Below are positions 48,772 to 60,388 of a DNA stretch of 64,000 nt, piece by piece. Source of the stretch: Podarcis bocagei. Its lineage: Eukaryota. The notes beneath the pieces are model-generated. The model saw only the letters and a program-made list of their open reading frames with translations. It ran no database searches and was not told where the DNA came from. How positions within the stretch are numbered: position 1 is the first letter of the stretch; each line of letters opens with the position of its first letter. Position numbers and translations under genes: made by a program. Location of the stretch: assembly GCA_964188305.1 (NCBI GenBank), contig OZ076886.1. One strand, 5' to 3'.

Positions 48772-49076
48772 CAGGGGGCCAGTCCACTGTCCCTCAGAAC
48801 TTGGGGGGGGGTTCCGGTGGACGATATTTTGAGGGGGGGGAATGAACGTATTCCTATGCCCCACAAATAACCCAGAGATGCATTTTAAATAAAAGCACAC
48901 ATTCTACTCACGTAAAAACACCAGGCAGGCCCCACAAATAACCCAGAGATGCATTTTAAATAAAAGGACACATTCTACTCATGTAAAAACACTCCGATTC
49001 CCGGACCATCCACGGGCCGGATTTAGAAGGCGACTGGGTCAGATCTGGACCCCAGGCCTTAGTTTGCCTACCCATT
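48772..49076. mobile_element. Non-autonomous hAT (family H2) lacking the left TIR
   Basis: Body matches 9462-9788, including the 72-bp duplication. TSD CTGTACAG (48764-48771 / 49077-49084). Confidence 0.92.
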
Positions 49077-49284
49077 CTGTACAGTATTAACAATTTCCCA
49101 ACATTCACTCATTAAAAGCTGCAGCAGCTCCTGGGTAGAACAGGTCATATAAGCAAGTTCCAACCCATGTGCAATTCTAGAAAAGCTGTGAGGATCTGTT
49201 TCCAACATGATACTAGCAGGGGATTTATATTGAATTGTGCAGGAACAGAGGGAAATGTTTCCACTATTATTCCTACCTTGTTAT

Positions 49285-49640
49285 TTTGTTTTTTTAATAA
49301 TGTTTTTATTTATTTTTATAGTACAGAAAACACATTTAGAGAAAACAATGGTTACCTTACAACAGTAAACAACAAATAACTTGTCCCGATAAAATTACAG
49401 GCATTTGTCATGCCGTGTAATAAAGTTTCATTTGATTACTCTAAAAGATCACGCCACATTTTCCCATGAGTGTTGGGTAGATTCCTGCCACAGTCTGAAC
49501 AATTTATGTATTCAATAAACATTTGCCATATGTTATAAAAGGAATAGGGATTGTGTTTGCCCTTTGCTGCTCTGACCTGACATGTTAATTTCTCAGCCAA
49601 TGCTACTGACCATACACTGGCGTATCAAGAATTGATGGTA
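49285..49640 (-). mobile_element. L1 LINE 3' end remnant
   Basis: Minus strand VWSVALAEKLTCQVRAAKGKHNPYSFYNIWQMFIEYIN fits the vertebrate L1 ORF2 terminal pattern W..A..EKLT......F...W..FI.Y, followed by an A-rich tail. Confidence 0.7.
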
Positions 49641-50114
49641 AACCCATACCTTGTTCTTTTGTGAGTTTGTCAGTGAATTTCCAAAATGAAAAGTTTGGGC
49701 TCTATGCCTGTCTGGATATGACTCCACATTCTTACTCAAAACTGGAAGATAGACTCCCAAATCTCAGACATAACTGAGGCATGATTAGTGAGGTGTGATG
49801 AACCCTGCACATGAGCAGAGATTATTACTTCACATTTCCAGGACTGAGCCATGCATTGCAATTATGTTCTGATTGCAAAGAATCTATTGTTGCTGTTGGA
49901 ATATTTGCTTTTTTAAAATTTAGAGATCAAAGTGTTTTGGACAGCACATAATTAAACTGATCAAGTACCAATCTTTTTTTTAACCTAAAAGATAATTTAT
50001 AAAATAAAGAAAAAAGAAAAAGAGAAGAAAAAGGGAACACTTCTGATTCTCCATCCATCAGTTTTAATAGACTTATGCAAAATCTTTGCTCCAAAACAAC
50101 ATCCAACTCTTCTA

Positions 50115-50448
50115 CAGTGGTGCCTCGCAATACGAAAAGAATCCGTTCTGTGATTCTCTTCGTCTAGCGGTTTTTTCGTCTTGCAAAGTAAGCCCATTGA
50201 CGGATTAGCGCTATTAGCACTATTAGCGGCTTTTAGCGGCTTATCTGCTGATCGGATCAGCTGATAAGCAGCTTAGCGGCTTAGAAAAAGGGGGGAGGGG
50301 GAAAAAACAGCAGGAACTCGCAAGACATTGTCGTCTGGCGAAACAAGCCCATAGGAAATTCGTTTTGCGAAGCACCTCCAAAACGGAAAACCCTTTCGTC
50401 TAGCGAGTTTTCCATCTTGCGAGGCATTCGTCTTGCGGGGCACCACTG
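50115..50448. mobile_element. Tigger/pogo-type MITE with internal ~9-bp TTAGCGGC repeats
   Basis: TA|CAGTGGTGCCTCGCAA...TTGCGGGGCACCACTG|TA. Confidence 0.92.
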
Positions 50449-50569
50449 TACTTTCCATAAACCAACCTTTTTTCCTTGTGTAGAAAGGAAAAATGAACTT
50501 GTGGTATCTGGGTTTGAAGACTGAAAAAAGGGTTAGGAGAAAGGCTGATTGCTTATGTTTTCTGAAATA

Positions 50570-51509
50570 CTGTATTTTTCGCACCATAGGACGCACCTTG
50601 TTTTAGAGGGGGGAGAACAAGAAAAAAAAATTCTCTCCCTCTCTGCCCAGCGCCCCTTCAGCGAAGCGGCAGGAGGCGCTGCGCAGAGAGGGGGAGAATT
50701 TCCCCCCTCTTGTTTTCCCCCTCTAAAACAAGGTGCCATTTAAGGTGCGTTCAGATGCCTTCAGGCGGCTACCTTGGAAGCCTGGAGAGTGAGAGGGGTC
50801 GGTGCGCACCGACCCCTCTCGCTCTGCAGGCTTCAGGTTCCTTTTGACCTGCTCTTTGGGGCTGGCGGGGGGGAAGCCCACCACCAGCCCCAAAGAGCAG
50901 GTCGGGGAGCAGCGCAAAGGCGCGCGGCTATAGAGGTTCCTGTCATAGCCGCATGTCACCTCTCCAGCCGGGAGAGGGTCGTGGGGGGCTTCTTTAGCCC
51001 CGTGCGCACTCTCCCAGCTGGAGAGATGGCGCGCAGCTAAAGAGGCTGCTGCAATTGCTGCGTGTCACCTCTCCAGCTGGGAGAGGGTAAGCGGGGCTTC
51101 TTTAGCCCTGTGCGCGCTCTCCCAGCTGGAGAGGTGGCGTGCGGCTATAGAGGCTCCTGCCATAGCTGCGTGTCACCTCTCCAGCCGGGAGAGAGTCGCA
51201 GGGGGCTTCTTTAGCCCCGCGCGCACTCTCCCGGCTGGAGAGATGGTGCGCGGCTAAAGAGGCTGCTGCAATAGCTGCGTGTCACCTCTCCAGCTGGGAG
51301 AGGGTAAGCGGGGCTTCTTTAGCCCCGAGTGCGCTCTCCCGGCTGGAGAGGTGGCACGCAGCTATAGAGGCTCCTGCCATAGCCGCGTGTCACCTCTCCA
51401 GCCGGCAGAGGGTCGCAGGGCTATGCTGTCTTCGCTCCATAGGACGCACACACATTCCCCCTTCATTTTTGAAGGGGAAAAAGTGCGTCCTATGGTGCGA
51501 AAAATACGG
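50570..51509. mobile_element. CCGTA-type Tc1/mariner non-autonomous element carrying a tandem array
   Basis: TA|CTGTATTTTTCGCACCATAGGACGCAC...GTGCGTCCTATGGTGCGAAAAATACGG|TA (about 27-bp TIR). Confidence 0.93.
50920..51421. repeat. GC-rich tandem array of about 4.6 units of 109/108 bp (A-B-A-B-A'), each unit palindromic
   Basis: GTCACCTCTCCAG recurs at 50955, 51064, 51172, 51281 and 51389. Confidence 0.93.
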
Positions 51510-52163
51510 TAGCCTAAACTGAGATTACCAGAGGCAGTTAAGAACCACAAAGATAGACAAAACACAACTGGAAGACAAGTTTCACAACTACGGTATTTCA
51601 TTCCCACACTGTATAGGATGAAACTGGAAAGAATAAGGGGACGGGGAGAGAAAGAGAGAGTTTAATTTAACAGAATTAGGCAGCCTTGCAAATAAGGGAG
51701 AAGGTGCACATTAAGAAGACAAAGGTCCCAATCCCACTTTTCCTCATAGTTTTCACAGAGAGAGGAAGTAGTGACAGTGGATGATTAACTCTTCTGCTGC
51801 CTGCCCGTTTTTCCAGTCTGTTTTTAATAGTTTTTACAGAACTGGAAGTTAACCTGAGCAAGAAATGGCAAGGAAACACTCAGCAAGTGTGAGAGGAGAT
51901 GAGACAAATTCTCTGCTCCCAATTCTCCCTTGCAAATGTCATCCTCACCACTCATATTTCAAAAAGCACATTTGCCACTAAACCTCCTGGCCCACAATAA
52001 TGTTTACAAGTAGCACATCTACCAACACATACCCACCCGATTTAGTACATTGTGGCCTACAGAAGGCATAATAGATGAGAAAGGATGGGGAATAAGCACC
52101 CTATCCTTCCTCCGTTTACAAAAGCCTTCTTGCAGACTCACGTTAACTCAGGTAATTCAGCAG

Positions 52164-52171
52164 ATAATAAC

Positions 52172-52209
<38 letters not shown>
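52164..52209. repeat. (AAT)n microsatellite
   Basis: Direct reading. Confidence 0.93.
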
Positions 52210-52210
<1 letters not shown>

Positions 52211-53703
52211 TGTTTTATTATTTATTTAATTTATATTTAGAAGCCCGGAATCATACAACCATTTGCCTCAACTTCTGTCAGAAATTGTCCACTACAGCAG
52301 GCCATGGAAGAAGTTTCTTGTATAACATACCCTGGTCTTTCCTCTTTTCAGAAATAATTATACACAATACTTTAAAATTAACTACCCTGCTCCCCCAATA
52401 ATGGCTGCTCCCCAAGTTTCATCCCTGTGTACATGCATTGGTCACTGTCGGTACATTGCTGTATATGTTATGACCAGTATAGACCTATCTTGTCCAGTGA
52501 GGGCAGGTTAAGAGTTTTCCACCTTCCTTCACTTTGGAAGAGATGCCCAAACAATTCAGTTCCTCTGCTACATGATCCTGAGGAAAGTGTTAGACCCCTC
52601 ACAGCTCAGAATATCTATAGTGATAGTTTTACTACAGCTGACCATTATCAGGTCTTCATTGTGGCTATTCCAACAAGAAGTATGTCTGCTTGATGCTTAC
52701 TACGATGAGCTCTTCCACTGAAAACTGAGGTTGTGATCGGGAAGGCAATCAAGCAGGAATCAGATAGAAATTACTCTCGATCACTGCCAAAGAGGCCAAT
52801 ATAAGAGCTGCTGACCTAGAAAGGAAAGGCTGCGCATCAGAGCACCAATCCCTGCGGTCATTTAGCTCCTTGTGCTCCCCATGCTTCAACAATGTGCTTT
52901 CATATCTGAAGCATACATACATGCCAACTTGCATTTTTCACATGTATTTCTCCTTATTCTCTTGTTCAGACCCTTGAAAAGAGTGGGAGGAGGGATGGGG
53001 GCTGCCCACTACCCTTTTGGGGATCAGCATTTACACATAGGAAGCCTGCAATCATGAGAACAGTTTGCTTTTGTTTCCAACAGGCACTAGGTGCTATAGG
53101 CATTCCTTAACAAGAATTCAGATACCTTAAAACCTTGTTATATCATCACTGTCCTCAGCTAGTTGCACAACATTTTTCTTCTGGTTCGGGGCGGGGGGAA
53201 TTGTCCATTGTAACTTGACTGGAAAAGCATGTGCCTTAAGTGCCCTCGCTACTCCTAATTACAGAAGCTATTAGTCACTAGTATCCATATTTGAAAAAAG
53301 CAAATGGATTTGCTCTTCAGTATTCAATTCCCCGCTTTCACTATTGCTAATACAATCTGCTTCTCACTGTTCTCTTGCAACTACTCAACACTGAAAGCAC
53401 TATCCAACCAACGCAGAGCTATACAGCTAGGCTCCCTTCCACCTTTGGTAAGGAGATTATTTGTATCCCTTGAACAATGTTTGCACCCCCTGGGCCTGCA
53501 CCCTTGGTGGGGGCCAATCTGCGAGTTTAGCGAAGTATAAAAATAATAATAACCTAGCCAACCCTTGGGTATGACCCTGGTTGCTACTTACTGCCCCTTA
53601 AAAAGGGGGGGTACATGGACCTCACACAGTGTTTGGGAGATTCTTTAATCCTAGTATATTTGTAAAGTAACTACAGTTGCAGGTAACTAGGACACTAGCA
53701 GCT

Positions 53704-53747
<44 letters not shown>

Positions 53748-53772
53748 GATGATGATGATTATGATGATGATG
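53704..53772. repeat. Compound (AG)n(ATG)n microsatellite
   Basis: Direct reading. Confidence 0.93.
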
Positions 53773-54630
53773 GGTGCTAATGTACAAATCAAAAGAAAAA
53801 ATCCATATTTTATTTTATTTTTAAAACTGCTTTATCTTCAGGGCCTTTGCTCTGGGCCTTTACTTTAATTATACTATTACCCATACACTCCAAGTTCTAC
53901 CTGAGATAAAAAAATATTTGCATGAGTGAAATCGTGCAAATCAATAAAACTACATCTGTGCAAATATCACACGTCACATTTGCAATCTAGTTTAATAACA
54001 AACTACCTTAATAACTAGTCTGACTTTTAAAAACAAGGAATATAAAGGTATATAAACATGTGAAAGTATGTATTTGAACATTAATAAAGAGGTAACTGGA
54101 TGGTTTTGCAGTTACTTAGGACAAAACACTTGATTTAATAATAGTAGCCATAATCCAGATCTTCAGCACAGTGCCAGGAAATATACTGTCAGGCTCACAG
54201 CAGCTGCAACCTATGAGAATGGGGCACAGGGGGGAAGCCATGCCAGGAGCATGTATGCCATAGTCCTTACCGAAAAGTAGACTTAGATTGCACTAGCTCA
54301 AGAGATCTAGCAATTAGAAAATGAATGCAGGTACACAGGTGGTACTTCAGCTCATCGAGTTTGCCCCATCAGTTTTCTCCCAGCCACAGGGAAGAGTGAC
54401 AATGCATCCATCATGACCTAGTGGTAAGCCATGACACATTCCTGGGCTTAGAGCCTCACCACCCACTGAGGGAGCTTCCTTCCAAGACCACAGAAACCAT
54501 CAAATTATTTGAAGAGGCGTAACCTTGCATGGGGGCCTGTTTGACCGCAAACAATTAGGTGTCCTGCCGGGAGGAACAGATGATCGACTATTACCCAATA
54601 GACAGCTATGTACATATCAAGCTAGCACAT

Positions 54631-54631
<1 letters not shown>

Positions 54632-54677
<46 letters not shown>
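54632..54677. repeat. (GT)n microsatellite
   Basis: Direct reading. Confidence 0.95.
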
Positions 54678-54681
<4 letters not shown>

Positions 54682-54682
<1 letters not shown>

Positions 54683-54802
54683 AGGCATAGGCCAACTCAG
54701 CCCTCCAGATGTTTTGGGACTACAACTCCCATCATCCCTAGCTAACAAGACCAGTGGTCAGGGATTATGGGAATTGTAGTCTCAAAACATCTGGAGGGCC
54801 GT
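54682..54802. mobile_element. H1 hAT MITE lacking the right TIR
   Basis: CAGGCATAGGCCAACTC...ACATCTGGAGGGCCG followed almost directly by GTGTAGAG, which equals the left flank 54674-54681. Confidence 0.9.
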
Positions 54803-55607
54803 GTGTAGAGACACAATTTCATGCTTCTCCTGGGGACAGGATCTGACTGTGTACGTAACCCTACGGTCTTCTTCCGCATGCAAAGGCTCCTTATTCTAGA
54901 TGTTGGTTTTGAGCAAACTATTCAAGCAGAGTACAACAAAGGAGCTGAAGCAGTGGGTTCTGTACACATCTTTGTTGTTTTGACTGTTTGGCCTGAGGCA
55001 GTCTTCTGCAGGGGTAGATTATTAAGTAACGACACATGTGTTTATACTGTAAATAAGAGCTAAATAAAAGGGGGAAAAAACCCTACTTATTTAAAGGACA
55101 CAGGAATCAAATGCAAAACTTGTAAAGATGCAAGCATTTCCATTCATGACCTTTAGACACAATTATCTTCTGGCTCATAAATAATTTGCTTCTGGTTCTA
55201 GTACTAAAAAATTGAATATTTTGAAACGTTACAATCCAATTGTGCATTACCTCAATCAGCACAGTGTCAATTGTTTCAACAACTATCTACAGGTGGCAAC
55301 CATTCTGTGTGGGGGTTCCATTCCTGGCCCTGCACAGGTCAGCAAAGAGTGCAAAAACCCACTCTGATCCTATTCCTCTCTCTTTGGGGTCAAAAGCAAC
55401 TAAAATGGTTGCTGACTGTATTTGAAAAAATAGTTTTGCCAGCTTATCAGTTTTGAATCCTCATCTTAGATCCTCAAATTTATTTATTTATTTATTTATC
55501 TTCAGCAACTTTGTACAGCAACTTTGTGCCTTAACCTCTCCTGCTTCTCTCAAGCAGCAGCAGCAGTCTCAGGCATATCATCTGCCTCACCCTTAATGGA
55601 TGTGGAG

Positions 55608-55938
55608 CAGCGGCGGAGCAATCCGATCCGCCGCCTGGGGCGGCGCACATGCCCTGTGCCAGCTGCCCACAGGGGCACCGCGGGACCTTCGAGGAGTCTC
55701 CCTGCCTCCTCCCATTCAGCCGCCCTACAGCTGAAGGGGAGGCAATGGGCAGACCGTTTGGGACAGTGCAGAGCCTGTGAGCGCTCAAGCCACCGCGTCA
55801 CTCCCAGGAGAGATGCGCGGCTCGGGCACGCTGCAGGCCCCGTGGTGAGTGCCACCCACCATTTTGTCACCCCCCTCAGCAGGGACACCCGGGGCACACC
55901 ACACCTACCACACACACACACACCGTGCTACGTCCCTG
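55608..55938. mobile_element. GC-rich non-autonomous hAT (third family)
   Basis: Imperfect TIR CAGCGGCGGAGCA...TGCTACGTCCCTG with exact TSD ATGTGGAG (55600-55607 / 55939-55946). Confidence 0.88.
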
Positions 55939-57716
55939 ATGTGGAGTTCCTACCTTCTCCTATCTCTTTTCCACATCTATTCTCCTGAAAAGAACAAGAA
56001 GCAACTTTTCTCTTCAACCCCACTAGCAGTACTGCCCACAGTCTACATAGAAAAACAAAGAATGTTGCCAATCCGCTACATGGAGGGTGATCAACCAAAA
56101 CTCCATTGCAATGGTGCTGCAGTAGAGCAGGGAGGGAAATTATCCCTCAGAATATCTTCTCAGTTTCTCAAGACTGGCTGATCACACTAGGAACTGCTAT
56201 TGTGCCACCCATGTCAATGCTGCACTGAGCAAATAGGGTGATGTCTGAAGTGTGACACAATGTTAGGAGAGTGGGTCAGATTAGGATAGAACTGGAGGTG
56301 TTATTCTGCGTATGGACAGAGCCTTTGGTCCAGCAGATGTTCCTGCTTCTGAAGAGGGAGACTTTTCACCAATTCTCCCTATTGCCCATTGGCTCCCTGA
56401 ACTACTTTCCACACTGTTCTTCATGGTGTCCTAATCCTTCTTCAGGCTGAATGAGTCTCTGAGCAGGTGGAAACTATCCAGGCCTAATTTCAACTTGAAA
56501 AAGATTTGCACTCAACCACCCATGTTTGGTATTAAAGAGAATTACTGCTTGCAGAATCCATGTGTCACTTAATAGTGGAGGTAAAGACACACACACACAA
56601 ACACACACACACACACATTCAGGACAAATATATGTTCAATGATAATACACTTACTAATGTTTAGAATGCATTCTCTCACACCTGAAAGAGTACCAGGTTT
56701 AGGTCCTCTTTGCTTTCATATAAGTTTCTGTTGCAACAGGATAAAAGATATAGACAAATATTCTCTTGAGAGCAAATGCAATATGAACTCAAGGGTTAAG
56801 CAGCATTCGACTGAATTTTACCTCATGGGACCTATAATTTGCACACTGTATTCATAAAGGTACGAGAGTTCAAATGGCATGAATTAAAAGCCTATAGTTT
56901 CTTCTGCTTTTTACATGTTACATTGATAGGCAGCCAATTTCTGCAGTGATAAAAGGCTTCTATCAAGATTTTAAAAAAGTGACGGTACAGTGAGCTTTTA
57001 CACGATTACTATTGTATTTTATTGCTCCTATCTTTGTTTCTTACAACTCCTATTCATTATAAGTGCTGCAATAGTCCTTCTAGTCCAAAGGCACAGAGCA
57101 GTCCTTGAGAAACAAACCATACAGACGCATTCAAATCCTACATGGACATATTGATAATAAATAAACATGTGAATTTAATAGCTTCACAGAGTGTACACTA
57201 TAATAGGTGACTTTATGCATATTTTAAAAATATGGGGTTTTTTAAAAAAAGAAATGGGAAAAACAAAACTGTGAAATATTTACTGGAATAACTTCAGAGG
57301 CCTATTATTTATTTATTATCCTGCTGTCTCACTGAAATGCTCAGACCCTGACCCAACTCAATGCAGGTGGAGGAGCTAATGTTTAATTGGGGTTTTTAGA
57401 ATCCAATATGCTCAGGAGCCGGAGGAGGAGGGGAGGAGGTGCTGTGCCTCCTTTCTCGCCTTCTCAGCCACACTGCAGAGGGCAGAAACATTCAGTCCTT
57501 TCTGGGTGCTGCTTCACCAGCACAATTCCTGCAAAGAACGTACTGGAGAATTAGAGCCCTACACCAGCAAGACTGCATCCCATGGTGGACATGTGCTGGT
57601 GCATGTGCTTCGCTGATAAGCCATACCGGCTTGTCATTCCCCTCCCAGTGCCGTTGCCTGCAATGTGTCCAAATAATTCCTGCATCAGCTGTTGCCATGA
57701 TAGCCATAATCAAGAG

Positions 57717-57852
57717 CAGGCACAGACAAACTCGGCCCTCCAGATGTTTTGGGACTACAACTCCCATCATCCCTGGCTAACAGCACCATTGGTCAGGGAT
57801 GATGGGAGTTGTAGTCCCAAAACATCTGGAGGGCCAAGTTTGCCTATGCCTG
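57717..57852. mobile_element. H1 palindromic hAT MITE, complete
   Basis: CAGGCACAGACAAACT...AGTTTGCCTATGCCTG with exact TSD ATCAAGAG (57709-57716 / 57853-57860). Confidence 0.95.
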
Positions 57853-59697
57853 ATCAAGAGTAAGATACTGTTGACCCACCCCCAAGCCCAAGCCCTGGCC
57901 CAACACAGAGGTGTTTTTTCTCTGCATCCCCTCCCCGCGGTTAGGTCTCCTCTTCCTGCCTTGGGACCTATGTGGTTTCAGTCATCTCTTTTTCAAAACT
58001 GTGTGTCCAGCAGATTCCCTGCAGGAATTCTGGAATAGAAGCAGTATTTTGATAAGTAAATAAAAATAATGAATGAAATATTTTCTTTGTGAAAAAGAAA
58101 ACATGGGGACAGATACTTCGCTTTCTTAACCAACTTATGCCCCCACCAGCCACACACTTTACACATCTGCAGTTGTGAAAACTAGACTATACACAATTGA
58201 ATATCATTATTTCTCTCTATGTATGTGTTTATAGCCATGGGTGGAAACTGACAAAGAATTTGCTGCTCCAAATCTGAAAGTTAGGACTTGTGCAAATCTC
58301 TCTCTCTCTCTCACTCTCACTCTCTCTCTCTCTCTAAATATTTTAGAAAGGAAGCAAATCAAAGAATCAGCTGACAGCTCACTGCCCATAGTACATGGTT
58401 GGAAATGGCACTGGAACATGAGTATGTTTGATCTAGATCTTTCTGAAGTGACAGAAATACTCCCCAAACTAATATTTGTTCATGTACTATTCCTGAACTG
58501 CCTTTTATTAGCCATCTATTTTGTTGGTAACACAATTAAGAAATAGGCACTATGCCACGGTAAGAAAAGAAAAAATCTTTATAGCTACCCTATGCTTTAA
58601 GATGACACTTCCTCACAAATTTTAACAAGCATTTTAAGAGAAACCTAACTTTAAAATTCAAGTCTGTGCCATAGATAGTCTAATAATACTATTATAATAA
58701 TACCACTAGAATTACCTTTCCCCTTTATTCTTAGTTACTTCTGTTATTAAAGTATCTTGTTCAGACATGAAGCCCTCAGTTATCCCTGCAACATCCCTTC
58801 ATTGGAAGAACCAACGAGAGAAACAGACTTGAGTTGGATTTGATGGTCACAGTATAAGCCTGAGTTAAGAAGGGCAGAATTACAAGGTAGCACTCTGATA
58901 AACTAATGCTACACCTGCAATCAAAATTCATTTTAAGCATCCCATACAAGAGACCACTTAGAAAAGGTCCATCCTAGGTTCACAAACTGCTGAGCAAGCT
59001 CTCCCTACCGAAGTTACAGCAGAGTGTACATTCAACAGATGCCGTTTAGACAGGGGCTTTCCTTGCCCCGAGGTACAGTTCAGCTTGTCCATTCTACTGT
59101 GCAATTACAGAATCAATAAAACATCCCTTTGAAACTCCCTGGACTAGTGCCGACATGCCGACAGTAGTCATGCTGACATCCCCCCGCCTCCGTTTCCGTT
59201 ATTACTGCCGTCAAGCACTCTGAGAAGCAAGACATCAAACCAGGTTGCAGGCTGAAAGCAAGGACACGTGCACGAAAGCAACAGAACTGAGGTTTTGCTC
59301 ATGTAATATTATGTCAGTCACATTCTGCTGAAAGTACTTGAGAACAAAAAAACCCAACAACCTGCAGCTCAAGTTGTTCTCTGTGAAGGTAAACCGAGCG
59401 CACTGTGGGTTTGAAAACCACATTCGCCTGTCGGCCTCCTAAACAATCAATATTATGTCATGATTTTAGCATGGGCTTATGCTCAACAGATCTCCCCACA
59501 CTGGTTGCAAATCCACAGCATTATAGAAATGAAAGGGTATACTTTGTTGAGTGTAGAAATGGCATGGTGATCCTTCGCGTCTGTAAAAGGGTTCCATATG
59601 CATTCTGGGAGCAGGATGAAAATGTATATATAACTTGACGATATAGCTTTCTTCTATGCTGTTAAATTTGTGTCTCACTTTTCTAATCTCCTCCATA

Positions 59698-60035
59698 TGT
59701 ATGTACTATTGCTGGACCCTGAGGAGTGGTGTCTGGATACTGATGTGTGGACACTGGGAGAAGTGGGGTTGGAGATTGACTGAGAAGAAGGCATCAGTCA
59801 TATGGGGGACCCTGTAACAGCCAGGAGATGAGAGTCAGAGGCAGGAGATGCTGAAGGACTAGAGAGTGAAAAGCAGGTGCAGGAGGAGGGAGAGAAAGGT
59901 CAGGTGGTACAGAGTCAAGGGCTTACACACCTCCTCCTCCTGCCCCCACCTCTCCTGCTCCATTGTCTCCCAGGACCAGCCCAGAATTGAAGATGGAGGA
60001 GCAGAAGTAGGTTACATGAAGACGCAGTCTTCCCT
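59698..60035 (+). mobile_element. Decayed, 3'-truncated relative of the solo LTR at 5873-6476
   Basis: Shared order of motifs: gaggagtgg...tcagaggcag...cctcctgc...tctcccag...ggaggagca...cgcagtctt. Confidence 0.6.
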
Positions 60036-60073
60036 CGGGGGAAGGGTTTAAATTATTTAACCCCCATTGTAAG

Positions 60074-60388
60074 GTAAAGGTAAAGGGACCCCTGACCATT
60101 AGGTCCAGTTGTGACCGACTCTGGGGTTGCAGCGCTCATCTCGCTTTATTGGCTAAGGGAGCCAGCGTACAGCTTCTGGGTCATGTGGCCAGCATGACTA
60201 AGCCGCTTCTGGTGAACCAGAGCAGTGCACGGAAATGCCGTTTACCTGACGTGCTTTTGAACTGCTAGGTTGGCAGGAGCAGAGACCGAGCAACAGGAGC
60301 TCACCCCGTCGCGGGGATTCGAACCACTGACCTTCTGATTGGCAAGTCCTAGGCTCTGTGGTTTAACCCACAGCGCCACCTGCGTCCC
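60074..60388 (-). mobile_element. Sauria SINE (short variant, internal deletion)
   Basis: Complete head and ACCTTT tail; 14-bp TSD ACCCCCATTGTAAG (60060-60073 / 60391-60404). Confidence 0.95.

Noticed and set aside
50920-51421. CRISPR-like repeat/spacer array
   Set aside because: The sequence between repeats is itself repeated (A/B units), there are no cas genes, the context is eukaryotic, and the array lies within transposon TIRs.
55524-55988. 154-aa ORF (longest in track) and overlapping antisense ORFs
   Set aside because: They lie across a GC-rich hAT element bounded by an 8-bp TSD; stop-codon scarcity explains the length.
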